From positions 17,946,294 to 18,005,645 of the forward strand of contig JBOZIK010000001.1 in assembly GCA_051453625.1 (NCBI GenBank): a stretch of 59,352 nucleotides of DNA. The letters run 5' to 3'. Source of the stretch: Welwitschia mirabilis (taxonomy: Eukaryota). The notes under the pieces were generated by a model that was given only the letters and a program-made list of their open reading frames with translations, had not been told where the DNA came from and did no database searches. Made by a program: the position numbers and the translations under genes. Positions 26,020 to 39,342 of this stretch are shown here, piece after piece; within the stretch, counting starts at the first letter, position 1, and every line of letters begins with the position of its first letter.

Positions 26020-26422
26020 AACAACAAAAAAGGACAAAAATAGATCAATCATTTCAAGATGGGAAGACCTCCACTAAGACCATTAGGACCTTGACAAGAA
26101 AGATGTGAGCTTGTAGGGCTCATTATAACTGAGCACCAAAAAGTTAGTAAGGCCGACTGTAACGTAGTTTTGATTCAGGTTTTGGGTTTCATTGTGTAAA
26201 GGTTCAGCTCTGTAAAAGACGATTAACAACAAAAAACGACAAAAATAATCATTTCAAGATGGGAAGACATCCACCAAGACCACTAAAACCATGACAAAAA
26301 AGATGTGCACTTGTGTGGCTTATTATACCTGAGCACCAAAAAGTCAATAAGACTGACTGTAACTTCGTTCTAATTCAGGTTCTGGTCTTGATCGTGTAAA
26401 GGTTCAGTTCTGTGGAAGATGA
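26020..26422. repeat. Tandem duplication, ~205-bp unit x2
   Basis: AACAACAAAAAA.GACAAAAATA...AATCATTTCAAGATGGGAAGAC...GTGTAAAGGTTCAG starts at 26020 and again at 26225. Confidence 0.9.
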
Positions 26423-26993
26423 ACAGACCAGCACTGCTGAAAGTGGAAAAAATCATTTTACTGAAATACAATCCTTCTAATTAAAGAAGAATTTATTACT
26501 TTCAAGAAACATAGAAACAAATGCAGCTTCCTTGAAAGAAATAATGGCAAATACGACATTTCCATTTCGGTCAAGGAACAAGGAAGATTCATAACAATAA
26601 ATATAATTGGAAACCCATTTTCTATGTTCATCATGACGGTAATGGATGATCACTCCAAGACATAGTTTATGCATTTCTAATTTTCAGCTGAAATTGGTCA
26701 TGCAACGCTCGAGTGCCAATTTGGGATGATCGAAACAAAAGGAAGTGAAGATTTTGCAGAGTTCAGATTTTCTTAATTCAGAACGTACATACAGTTTTCA
26801 GGCCCTCCCTCTTTCCAGACTATTTACATATTCATATCTGGAGAAGATTGTGGAGCAGATTTTGAATAAATTGTCAAGACCGTATTTACAGAACCATGAA
26901 CCATAAATAGGAACCCGTAATATTAAGAGGGTTCAGATCTGAAAGCATCATAATAGTTTTGATGCCTGTACAAAGATAAGAACGGGAGAATGA

Positions 26994-27161
26994 TCAAGCA
27001 AAGCTGTTGATGTGGTTAGAATAGTCAAGAGTACCTGCCCCCTCCCACCCCATCCATTCTTCCCATTCATCCCAACAATCCATATTCACTCCCATTAAAT
27101 CCTCAACATAGTAATCAGGATAGCTCTGATGCTGCTGTTGTTTGAAGCTGGCCAATAGAGT
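26994..27161 (-). CDS. J8: Chloroplast small J-domain protein J8-like, exon 3 of 3 (55 aa + stop)
   Basis: Polypyrimidine tract + CAG acceptor (27164-27162). Encodes TLLASFK...[26 protein letters not shown], the Trp-rich C-terminal motif of Arabidopsis J8/DJC22-type proteins. Confidence 0.93.
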   Translation of the reverse strand, partial: TLLASFKQQQHQSYPDYYVEDLMGVNMDCWDEWEEWMGWEGAGTLDYSNHINSFA

Positions 27162-27277
27162 CTGAGGGCACAACAACAAAAAAAAAAAAAAGAGAAAACC
27201 AAAAATGGTTTAAAACCAAAGAATGACTAAAAGTTTTCGGTTCTGAATCTTAAATCCACCAGAAGAAAGAAACAAAC

Positions 27278-27346
27278 CTCGTAAGCTTGATTGATTCGAT
27301 TAAAACTGACGCCGCAATTTTCTCCTTTGCAGACATCAGGATGATA
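27278..27346 (-). CDS. J8: Chloroplast small J-domain protein J8-like, exon 2 of 3 (23 aa)
   Basis: TTTGCAG acceptor and GTTTGT donor. Encodes YHPDVCKGENCGVSFNRINQAYE with an intact HPD motif. Flanking introns are phase 0, 88 and 116 nt. Confidence 0.93.
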
Positions 27347-27434
27347 CTGCAAAGAGTACAAAAATGTGATGCAAATGAAAGGCAAAAAATGCTGTACCTA
27401 GAAACCCTAGCCAAGGCTCAGATTTAGCACTTAC

Positions 27435-27659
27435 TTGCAGAGCAAGACGTCGGAAGGCCCTTTTAATGTCCTTTTCCGAAGCGCTTTGATTCACTTTCAG
27501 AATTTCGTATTCCTCCTTGAGAGGAGCCGAACTTCGCACAGAGGAGACGGCCGCGGCGCGAACTTTTATCCAATCTTTGCGGTTACGGCCGTTCCTTTCT
27601 GCTAATCCATTTCCGCAGAACGGCTTTACAGTCACAAATCTCCCAGCGGTGATCGCCAT
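27435..27659 (-). CDS. J8: Chloroplast small J-domain protein J8-like, exon 1 of 3 (75 aa; transit-peptide-like N-terminus + J helices I-II)
   Basis: ATG at 27659. Arg/Ser/Ala-rich N-terminus with VRA, then YEILKVNQSASEKDIKRAFRRLALQ and a GTAAGT donor at 27434. The spliced product is 153 aa with no internal stops. Confidence 0.93.
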
Positions 27660-27699
27660 GCCGTTTCCTGAAACCGATCACGGAAAAGAAATAAACTTA

Positions 27700-28450
27700 C
27701 TTCGCTGCGCTGAAACCCTAGGTCTCTGAAACCCTAACAAACAGAATTCGAAAAACGGAGCAAGATTTGACTCGGGTTGAAGGAAAACGAGATCAAGAAA
27801 AGAAAGATAAAGAGAAGCAATAATACTGCAATGACACAAGGAATGGAGGAGTCACAGGCAATAATGGACGGTCGACGCTGGTTTAAATAAGAGACCTTCA
27901 TCAATGAAAGATTCTTCTGTGGACAAGAACAAGTCGCGAAACTTATCCTCGAAAACTAATTTACAGAAGCGTTCTTGATTATCCGATTAAAGAAAGAGAA
28001 GGAGCGAACGGAAGCCGGTAATTTACAGCCGCTACAATCATTGGGCGCACTGTTTGAATCGCATTTAACGGAATATTCCCCTGGTTTTTGTGTCAAATTC
28101 TGTGTACGGATCATTGCGCGGCTTGAGATCTGGTATTTACTCCTTTACTATCGACAATTTATTTTCCTAATTTAACTTAATTAGAGGTCTTGCCTTATCC
28201 ATTTTTGCAACCGTGCTTTTGCTGCGTCGGATCCACGTGGCAACCGACGCGTTGCGTTTGCCCGGTTCTTACGTTCAAGAGATAAGCCGCTTTTGGTGGT
28301 TATCCTTCCCGTCTTCTTTTAACACGTGAAAGGTCACTGACACGTCAAACGCACTTTATCTGGGACAACATTGGCCCTCTTCCGAAGGTTGCCTTATCCG
28401 AAACGCACTGAAGCTTGGAACGGCAGCACTCCACATTTAGCGTTATTCAC
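27700..28450 (-). promoter_or_regulatory. 5' UTR and proximal promoter of the J8-like gene
   Basis: CpG-rich relative to its surroundings. Telo-box-like AAACCCTA (~27713, ~27729), TATA-like TATTTAAA on the minus strand (~27882-27889), G-boxes CACGTG at 28234 and 28323, TGACACGTCA at 28338, and several GATAAG/CTTATC I-box-like motifs (~27941, 28194, 28281, 28393). Confidence 0.65.
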
Positions 28451-30823
28451 TATTTAGAAATCAATTATGATATTATTAGAATTGTAAGAGTTTTTTTCGT
28501 GTCATTTTCAACTGGCAAAGGAGTACTACTATTAACACATGGAATTAATAGAATAATAATGTGATGGGATTGGATATTTGGTCAAATACAACTCTTAATC
28601 ATCTCATCTTTGAAAGTGGGGTCATATGACTTTTAAGGTTAACATCATCTTCTTCTCTTTTTATCTTTTATTTTTTATTCTTCTTTTTTTTTTCTTTTTC
28701 TTTTGTTGTTATTTTTGTGTAAAATTATTTCATTTTTGAAATTCAACTTGTACGACACTTAATGTTAACTTCCTCTTTCTTCTTATTTTATTCTAGAAGA
28801 TAAATTACTTTTTAATGCACACGTAAAGTTATCCAGTTAGATTATCCATTTATAGTCAATGGAGTATTAGTTGGGCTATTGGCACACTATGAGGCCTCGG
28901 GCATAATTAAACGTTTTGTTTAGGTAATTGTCATGGCTATATTTTTCAAAGGAGATATTGTCACTAATAATTTTAAGTTTGACATCACCCCTAAATTATT
29001 AGTTTGTAAATAAAGTAGAATATAACATGTGCTGTAGAATTTTTTTAACTTTATTTTCACCTATGTCAGAAGTTTTTATTTTACATTATTAANNNNNNNN
29101 NNNNNNNNNNNNNNNNNNNNNNNNNNNNNNNNNNNNNNNNNNNNNNNNNNNNNNNNNNNNNNNNNNNNNNNNNNNNNNNNNNNNNNNNNNNNTACATTAT
29201 TAACTAAAAGGATGAGGCCATCCAACCCACCTGTTTTGTGAAAGGAAAACAATTATTTTTCTTGTATAATATCAACTTAATAAAAAATATAGTAATAGAA
29301 AGTAATAGAAGAAAAACATTGTTTTTGAAAAATGTAACTTTTTTATTTATAAAATTGGGAAGCTATTATAGCTAAAAAGTAAGTAAGATCATGCAACAAT
29401 TAAAAAAGAGAGTTATCCTTGCAAGGATTTCCATTCTTCATAATATGGAGCATCTTGGGGTTCTTTGAATATGCATATCAGTTTTTTTAAGACTCTCATG
29501 ATAATTCCATTCAATTAATATATAAAGATGAGCATAAGATATAAAGAGGATTTTCTCAAGTATCTTAGCTTTAGCTATACACTTCAAATGGGTACAATTC
29601 ATAACATTGTCACGATCAGGTATGTCACCATTCCTTCAATTGTCTAGCATTTGATCTCTTATCTCATCAAGCACATCATCTTCATTAGATAACAGTGCAT
29701 CCCACAGAATACTAATCTAAATAAAAGTCTCTTTGAGTTCAATTTGGACTTAAATCCCAACTTATCTCTATGCAGCTCTTTAGTTAAGGGTCGTGTTATA
29801 CCCACATGATGAATTTTATCATGTTACACTACTTATCTTAATGAATTATTCATAAAATAAGGTACATTAATTTTAAATTAGCTTAACATGGAGATGATAA
29901 AGTTGATATGTATATTGGTAAATTTTTCAGATGGATTTTGAGCATGAAGTTTTGTAGAATAACATGCACCATTGTTTGCATGGCTTCAAGCAATTAAACT
30001 TGCAATTATTAGCTCCTAATATTTTAGGCATAATTCCTATTAGTTTATTAAAATCGTCTTTTAAGAATCTAAGCTTAGTTTCTCATTCCATTATTTATCC
30101 CTCAATAGTATATCCAATGACACCTACTACAATGAGATTATTAGCATATTCTCTAGTTCTATAGACCCAAGTTCCTTGTCCATCTCAATTATGTAAAAAC
30201 TCTTTCGATGTGTTTTAATCATGTCTAAAAAGGTACTCCACTAATTTAGTCTATCCTATCATAGTAAACAAGCTTTATCTTTAGTCATTATCTGATAAAA
30301 TAATCTGAAAGAAGGGTTCCACTCTTTGTGATTCTTTCATGAAATAATAATAAATCTGGTGAGGGTTTTGAAGGTGTGTAAATTTTTTGCATAGTAAGAA
30401 TGCATTATCAAAGTGTTTTAGTAGTATGAAAGATAAGTATGAAGAATAGGCTTCATTGTGAAATGTGTCAAGATGCTGGTCTAAAGGCAATATAGAATAG
30501 AGATGTTATATCGATGCTAGAGGAAGTTGCATAGTGATACAATCATAAGATGTGACAAGCATGTAAGCAAGTATGATAATTATGGGAAATCTAATCTTGA
30601 TAGTGATGTTACTAATTATACTTAAATGCGAAGGTTGAAAAACTATAAAAGAACATATCTAAGATTTAAAGGTTTGAAGAGCAAAGAAAGTTATAAGTAA
30701 AGGGATGTAAAAGGATAATATGATGGCAGAGTTATGATTTTAAGAGGGAAAAAGGGAGTATAATGTTGGATAATAATAAAAAACAGAGGGATGAGTAAAT
30801 AGGTGATTTTTAAAACACATATG

Positions 30824-32380
30824 TGATAGGATCAAGAACCCTAGAGGGATGAATCGGTTCATTCTAAACGAACCAATGATATATTAAATACTTGTACAAA
30901 ATAATTCACTAATTGAAAACATGCATGAAAAGAAAATCTAACAGAAGTTAAAGAAATGAACTAACTAAAAGCATAAAATACCAAATAGATGCACACAAGA
31001 TTTATAGTGATTTAGGAAACCCCCCTATTCCACTCTTGACAACTAGCTTACCACCAAGCTTGATCTGGATCTTCGTTACTCCATCAGGTGTTCCAGGTTT
31101 ATCTGTAACCTTTACAAATGGACTTTTCTAAGCTTAGTCTCAACATTTGAATGGAATTTTCTAGGCTTAGTCTCAACCTTTGAATGGACTTTTCAAGGCT
31201 TATTCTCAACCTTTCACAATGTAGAATAGTGATGTAATAATGCCAAGATGCATAGTTATCACTCGTTCTTAATACAATAGATTTGATGGAGCTCTTCTCC
31301 TAAAGATGTATAATAGATAAAGCACTAGATCTAACCTTGAATTTAAAGATAATATAGATAATAGATTCTTCCTTAGTTAGGAGAATAAATGCCAAGACTC
31401 AACAGTGAATATCACAAGATTTCAGTATAAGTTCATTAATTCAAAAAGGTTGAAAAGATCCTTTAGTCATTTATCTCTTAGCTATTTATATTAGAAGGTT
31501 TTTAGGGTTTATTACATTTGAAAATGCACTTCCAATGGCTATAAACAACTAAAAAATAGCTATCTAATGGATACAAAATGGATAGAAAATTTTATTTCCA
31601 TTTTGTCTGGTTGACCCCTCAAAAGTCTGGTCGACCTCATCTAGTGTAGTGACTTACACAGGTTGCTTGAGTGAAATTTTTGATCACTCCATTTTCTTAC
31701 AACTTCATGTCTGGTCAACACCATCTAGGTCCGGATGACCCTTATCTAGTTATCCACCATTAAATCTAGTTACCTGTTAGTCCTGATAAAGATCTTTCCA
31801 AGTTTCTACATCAGATCTGGTCAACCTATTCAGGTGTCTAGTCGATCTCATGACGATTGGCTTAGGAGTATTATCTGCACAGTGCTCAGGTCTAGTTGAC
31901 CCCTTCAATGATTTAGTCAACCCCTTGACAATCAGTTTAGGAGTACTATTCATAGGTTTATAGATTTGGTCGACCTCATCATATGTTCGGTCGATTCCTT
32001 ATCATTCAGTTTAAGGATACTATTTACCAGGTTCACAAATCTAGTTGACCTCATAAATGTTCGGTCGACCCGTTGCCATTCAGTTTAGGGATACTAACTC
32101 TCGAGGTTATAGGTTTAGTCGACCCCATCAGAAATCTGGTTAACCCCTCTGAATTTAGTTCAATTTCTGAGTGTCTGCTTCAGGTGTGATCAACCCCTTA
32201 AAAGTCTAGTTAACCCCTTGAGAGGGTAAATAAACTTGACAGGTTTCTAATGCTTCAAATTCAATGGTTTTGACTTCATCTTTAGACCTGTAAGTGATTA
32301 ACATATTCTACATAAGATACACAAAATTTGTTATACAGAAAAAATTAGTTTGACATTAATTGATAAAACATAATCTAATG
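30824..32380 (-). mobile_element. Sirevirus-type solo LTR (related to family S1) with near-perfect TSD
   Basis: Begins TGATAGGATCAAGAACCCTAGAGGG (reverse complement of the S1 LTR end) and ends ...TAATCTAATG (reverse complement of the S1 start with a mutated terminal dinucleotide). Flanks ATATG/GTATG. ~75-bp tandem units with GTCGAC palindromes at ~31815-32150. Confidence 0.8.
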
Positions 32381-35300
32381 GTATGTTTTTAAATTTTCAA
32401 ATTTTTCATAGGACTAGTATAAGGTGGATCTTAATGGCTTCTAAGATTAAAAAAATGAGTGGAAGAAGGGTTGCCACATTATTATTCCTAGCTAAATTCA
32501 ACGCTACTGAATATGTTTATAATTAAAAAAGATATGCTAAGTGACTTTAACTATCTCTTTAAAAATTTAACAATCCATTAGAGAATTAAGATGATAAATC
32601 TAAAATGCATATATTGTTGAGAAAATATTTTTAACATTGATTCCCATAAAAATTTTAATAATTTCCAAAAGTTCAAATTTTCTAGTTTTCTTCTCTTATT
32701 ATAATACACAAATAATTCTCGATAAATTGTTTGAACACTAATTTTACATTCTTGAAAGGAAGTTGATCTTCTAGGATATGAGGTTATAAAAGTAAGATAC
32801 CCACTCTCCTTATTTACTTCTATATTCCTTTTAAAATAGACAAAACCATGCTAGTGGTCATTTCCATATGATTCTTTATAGTACTTAATCAAAGGTTACT
32901 TGTGTAATGTCTCATTTTCATTAAATAAATTTAGTTTAATAACAGAGACTTAATGCATTATATATATGAAGATGTATGAAGTTTGTTACAAATAAGATTA
33001 TTATACTATAAATTTTAGGATTTAAAAATGTAATCTTATTATACATGATATAGTAGTATTATATATTTTATATTTAAACATACTATAGTAAAGCTATTAA
33101 TATGACTTTGTAATAACTTCATTATAGAGCATGCTTGGGGTATAATATAAATGCGATGGATGACTTTCCTAGAAGTGTAACCTAGAATATAAATTAAAAA
33201 TAGATTAATTAAGGTTATGAACATAGAAATAGAGTCATTTGATATTTTCCCATAACTAATAAATAATTAAAAATAAATAAAATATAATAACAAAAAAAGT
33301 AAGAAAAAATTGAGAAAGAAATATGTGTAAGGTTACAAACTTAATTAAATTCAATTAATGGATATAATTGACAAATAATTAATATCTTACTTAGTGGAGA
33401 TTATTAGTAATTTAGTAATATGTAATTAATAATTAATTAAGACTATTTAAATGATTAGTATATAATGTCAAAAAATAAAAGATTCATGAGTAATACAAGA
33501 ATCTAATCTAACACAAGAGGTACATGAAAAAGTTCATAGTGATATGACATCTAAAAAGATGATGTAGTTTAAAAAATAAATTAAAAAAAAAGAAAAAGTA
33601 AAGGTTATTTAAAATAGAAAGACATGAAGAGATATTTTTCAAAAGGGCAAGAAATGAAAAAGATATTTTTTTCCTACACTTTTCAATATTATCAAACTTC
33701 CATTTACTAAGTTAAAATATTATCAAACTTCTATGTGAAATTATAATAGATGTTAAAGTAATATTTTTACATAAGGTATAATATTTTTAAACCTTTATTA
33801 ATGATAAAAGCTCTAAGGCCTAAAATATCTCTATCTATAATTCGACTTCAACTGATGTAGTAGAATTTGAAAAATCATTTAGAGGATCAATTTTTGAATC
33901 ATTTTATTGATGCTTGCATGGAAAATGGAACTTAAGAATGATTAAATTTGTTCTATATTGTTTTGTTCTTGCTTTTCTATAGTTGGCTACTTTCTTTAGT
34001 CTTACCTCTTTCTCTTGTCTTTACTTTATGTGAAAGGAACATATTGCTAAGGTGATGTCCTTAAGGGTTTTTTTTCCCCACCTCTCTCTACATCCTATTG
34101 TATACATATCTATTTCTTTAATGAAATATCAATTCCCTTGCCAATCCCTTTCCTCTACCCTTGTCCCCTGTTCACCACAACCCCCTCCCCCTCTCGCCCC
34201 TCATCCCTGGCTAATAAATCTCTTCATTCCAAATCCTATAAATACCACATCATCCTTATCTAGATATAATAANNNNNNNNNNGAATTCCTAGGGGATGCA
34301 ATAAAGGGAGAAGATCTTATACGAAGTGTTGTTTATAAAGACATGTTTAAATAATACTTATGTTAGCCATGTTATTTTTGAAAAAATAAGATTTTCCATT
34401 AATAATATAATATATAACATTGTTACTAAGCTAAGGTTAATGATAACTATTATTTTCAAGTCTACTTCACTTTAAATTATCTTATTTATTAAATTTTAAA
34501 AAAATATTTTTTAACCACTTAATATTTTTTTAATATTGAGTGGCCATCAGTGGATGATCGATGATTTCATAATAGAAAATCATGTAGAGACCTATACTTT
34601 TATAGTGGGATACATGTTATTTGTTGAAATTTTTATTATTAAAACATAGGAAAGCATTTTCCTCATAATAAACACCTTTTAAAAATCATGTGTTATCCTA
34701 ATATAATCTGAGCATTTTTTTGAAAGCTAACATACTTTTTTTCAGTATGCACAGAGCTACTATAATACATAAATATCCATTGTATTACATTTATAAATGA
34801 TGTTTTCCAATTTCATTATATTTTAGATATTTTGGAATATTATTTTTATATTCTTTTAATTTCATTATTATAATAATATTATTATACAAAAGGTCTACAA
34901 CAGTGCATCGTTGAAATATCACAATAGCTTTATATTCGTCATTAGCCTTTATGGTTATGTCTATGGGAGATAATTGCATCTTCCACACAAAGCATAACCA
35001 TTGAAGTTGATAATATTAATACATATTTAATGATAATTAAGATGAACATATTCATTATGATAATAATATGTATTTTTGTGCTTGCAAGTGATCTTTCACT
35101 AGTTGGGATGAACACTAAATTTACCCATAGAGTGTAATCAATGGGGATGATGATATGCAATGACATTTTTACTAAAAATGTTTAAAATATTATTTTTTAT
35201 TTATTATGAACAACTTTTATCAAGTCATAATTTCTATAGCCTCAAGATGGATTACTTACTAATTTATATTTTTCTTTTATTATATTACTATAAAAACATT

Positions 35301-36771
35301 CATCCATCAACCTTGAGTAAGATCTTATTAGAGTTATGATGTGACCAATAATAATTTCAACATACTAAAGTTAGGAATCCTTATGCAAATTGCAAGGCCA
35401 TGTAAAAACATAGTTATTATGTCAACATCATTTCTCATTTAAGTATTAGGTCATAGATGTTTTTCTTATTATACATATAGTTCTTATACTATGGAAATTA
35501 ATAGGAAATAATAATTTAGAGCTTTACTTGCATTTTTTATTATTATTTTTCAAATAGATTATTATTATACATATAGTTAGTATGAGTATGTAGCACCACT
35601 TCATCAATCCACTAGTACCACTTAAACAATCTCTTATTTACTAAGTTTATAGTAATACTCTATCATAATCTTGATGCTTCCATAAGAGTTGAATGCAATT
35701 CTCATAATTGAATGGCTTTTGTCTATTAATCATTTGAGAAAAAAATTTAAATTATAAATATTTATAAATGTTTTATTGAGTTGCGTATTATAGCTCATTA
35801 GAAATATTAATGGTTGATGATATCAAGTTTACTTAAGATCATCAACCATCAGCCTTTTTAATATGATGTTAAAGATATAATATAAGTCTAAAATTATTTT
35901 TTTCACCCTCTTAAAACCTTGAGGATAAGAAAAATCATTTTAGGTATTTATCACAAGTATATATATCTTAGGTTTTAATGATTTTCATTTCCTAGCTTTT
36001 GTAGTTTTTATGCTTATTATTATAAAGTAAATCTTTATTCTAGAGATTAATATTACCTACTTATGAGTACCAGATCATCAGAGGAATTGGAAGGGAAAGG
36101 ATAATAAAATGAAATGTAGTTATTTTTTGATGAACAACATCTATCATTTTTTATAAGAATTCAAACATTCTGTAATTTAGATGTTCTAGTTTCAACATTT
36201 TATAATTTAGACACTCTATTGGTTATAATACTCTTAACATCTAAATAATTAGATGAATTAGGATTCAAATCAATAAAAAAATTAAAAAAATTAATAAGAA
36301 ACTCTAACGTCTAAATAACTAAATTCTTTATGTTTAGATGATTTTTGATTTCAAACATAGTCTAATTCAAAATCTTTATGAGTCTAGATGTTCTCTAGTT
36401 TAGAAGTAATAATTTGGATGCGTATGTAAGTTTAAGCACTCTAAGTAAGTTTAGATCCTCTAAGTGAATTCAAAATCTTCAAAAAAGACTTAAACATTCA
36501 AAAATATTTTGAACATCAAAATTAATATGTTTGATTAAAATCAAGAAATTCTTGAATTAAGAATTTTGGCCAAGAACATTGTAAACTTATTATTCATTCA
36601 ATATGCTTAGAATTTTTCAATCTTTTTATTTTCCATCTCATTCTACATATTACTAACTAAATTCACTATTTAAATAGTATTAATTATAAGTTATTCCTTG
36701 GTGAGTGCATAATGTGTAAAAATCTAACAAGTAAATATAAAATAGTTTAAACCTTCCATTCCTTATCATCC

Positions 36772-38590
36772 CTCAAGAGGAGAGATTTTTTAGTAGTTTT
36801 GATAAACTTTTAAAACCTAAAAGGGTGAAAATAAATGGATATAAGATACCTAAAATAAGTGAATGCACTATAAAAATAGTACAAATTTCAATCAATTTTA
36901 AGAAAAATATTTATATTATATTAGATGACGAGTTAAACTAGGATAATTGGTATGACAAACACATCTTGATAGCTAAAGTAAGCAAATGTATAAGTGTGAT
37001 GTATAAGAGAACAGTTTTTCACTAGTAAGAGCCAATTATACTAAAGTAAAATGGAGAGGAGCCAATGAAATATTACCTTTTTTAATTGTTATAATCAGAA
37101 ATAAAATTCATCATTAGATGGTATAGAAACATCTAGAATAAGATTATGCAAGCATTCAAGCAAGCATTTAAGAAGTAATCAAATATGAAGTTTATCTATG
37201 TATTAAATAAGATGAATATCCTTCAGATGAAGATAAGTAATACAATGGAGATAATTAATGATTTTTAAGGAATCAAAGAGATCATTAAAAATAGCTACAA
37301 ATAGTTGTACATTATGTGTAAGTTCCTAGTTAAGAAAGCTTAAGTAATTTTAAAACATGACCAAGCTACATTAAAACTATTACCTAATTAAAAAAATTTA
37401 ATATCTTGGATTTCAAAACACTATTAAATAAGATCATGCAAGCATTCAAGTTAGCATTTAGTAAGAAATCAAATATGAAGTTTATTTTTGTATTAAATAA
37501 GATGAACATCCTTCACAGGAAGTCAAGTAAAACAATGGAGACAACTAATGATTTTTAAGGAATCAAGGAAATCCTTAAAATAACTATAAATAGTAGTACA
37601 TTATGTGGGAGTTCCTAGTTAAGAATGCTCAAGTGATTTCAAAACATAACCAAGCTACATTAACACTATTACCTAATTAAAAAAATTTAATGTCTTAGAC
37701 CTCAAAATGCTGACCAAGATGTTGGTAGAGATTGACAAGAAGTATAATGCACACTAAAGGAAAAGCACAAAATTCAATTTGTAAGAGACGAACCTAAGTA
37801 TGTAATTATAGAAAGTGTAAAAGTAGAAAATAAATTCTTTAAATGAGGAGATCATGATATGAGTCTTTGCAGAAAGAATTGTGTAGTTAACATAATAATT
37901 TATCTCAAGTAAAAGAAATAAATCATAAATAATTCACAATCAGGCATAAATAAATCTCATGAATCAAATTGCATATATAGTGAAAGCACATGAATATCAA
38001 ACTAATGGAAAACTTTTCATTTATCTTATGAAAATATCATATGTTTTCTTATCAAACTATTACTTTACATGATAAAACAACTATTCTTAAGTAACAATTA
38101 CATAACACAACACATTATCTATAATAAACTTTAAGAATTACATGTGTGAAAAGCTTAATTTCATGAGATGTAAAAGAAGAAGTGTAATAGATTAGAAATA
38201 AATAATCTTTAATAAAGATTTAGTGTCATTATAAAGATAATGTATAACTCAATCGAATGATTACAAGAGTTAAAATAGTCAATATGAATTTAACCATGGG
38301 TATGCAAAAACTTTTATAAAAATAACTTTTACTACTTAAAATAATGTAAAAAGGACGTACATAAGTCATTCAAACATCTGATTCCATTCTATACTAATCA
38401 TACAACAACATGAAATCAAAAGATAGCACTTTGGAACATAGTTCTTAAAATTGAAAAAGTAAACTGTTTGACTTTAACCATTTTCACTAAATTTTAATGT
38501 ATTTAACTTGAAAAATAACTCTTAATTAGGCTTGAAATAAGTTATAAAAATTATGTACATATAACCTATTGTCAATCACCTAGTAATTAA
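36772..38590 (+). mobile_element. Possible highly decayed Copia/Sirevirus-type PPT and LTR
   Basis: TATCATCCCTCAAGAGGAGAGATT resembles the TCATC..AAAGGGGGAGATTG PPT/LTR junction. The right boundary is a guess. Confidence 0.3.
37137..37716. repeat. Tandem duplication, 290-bp unit x2
   Basis: AATAAGAT.ATGCAAGCATTCAAG starts at 37137 and 37427; the copies are colinear through ACCTAATTAAAAAAATTTAAT. Confidence 0.9.
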
Positions 38591-39273
38591 TTAAAATTCA
38601 TCATGTGAATATTTATTCTATCTAAGTAAAATGTAATCAATTTCATGATATGAAGGAATAAAATAAACAAAGGAAAGAGGAAAAAGAAAGAAAGAAACTT
38701 AAGAAAGTGGACTTCAAACTTTTCAAAACCATTAAAGTAATTAAAATATGTCCTAAAAATAAGTATTAGAATAAAAAGTTCAAGAACAAGAAATATCTAT
38801 TAAACCCACCTAGAACCAGACTATTAATAAAAATCTAAAAACATTACAGTTAATTCCACTTTAACCAAGAATATTAAGAAAACTTAAAAATTAAGAAAAA
38901 CCAGATTTGGTGTTTTAAAAGTATTCTAAAACTACTATAATATTATATCTTAAATTTCTAAAAATATGTTAATAATGATTAAAAAATTCATTATTCAAAA
39001 ACTAAAAGATTAAGATTTCGCATATTCAAAAGATTTTGAGTAAAATTGCAACATCAACTGTAAATTGTTAAAAAGGGGATTTTAGAGATCAAATTTGAGT
39101 TTTGGTGTCTTGACCATGCAAATTTATAAATCATGATAGGAATCCACTAATAAAGTTTTAAAGCAATTAGAGCTGTAGAAAAAAGGTTATAATCAAAACA
39201 ATCACTAAAATTCATGAGTTCTACTTCAATTTGAGAAAAGAGGAGGAGGGAGGAAGAGAGAGGGGAAGAGGGG

Positions 39274-39276
<3 letters not shown>

Positions 39277-39342
<66 letters not shown>
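39277..39342. repeat. (AG)n microsatellite abutting an assembly gap
   Basis: Directly visible; followed by an N-run at 39343-39859. Confidence 0.95.

Noticed and set aside
27336-27659. 107-aa single-exon ORF as the gene product
   Set aside because: It reads through the GTAAGT donor into intron 1; splicing restores HPD and the conserved C-terminus.
27517-28175. Plus-strand ORFs of 70 and 66 aa near the J8-like gene
   Set aside because: Non-ATG starts, antisense or promoter overlap, and no recognisable motif.
29400-30600. Possible minus-strand transposase remnant (Cys pattern CKFNCLKPCK at ~29972-30004)
   Set aside because: Only one weak motif; no convincing DDE/SWIM context or terminal repeats found by eye.
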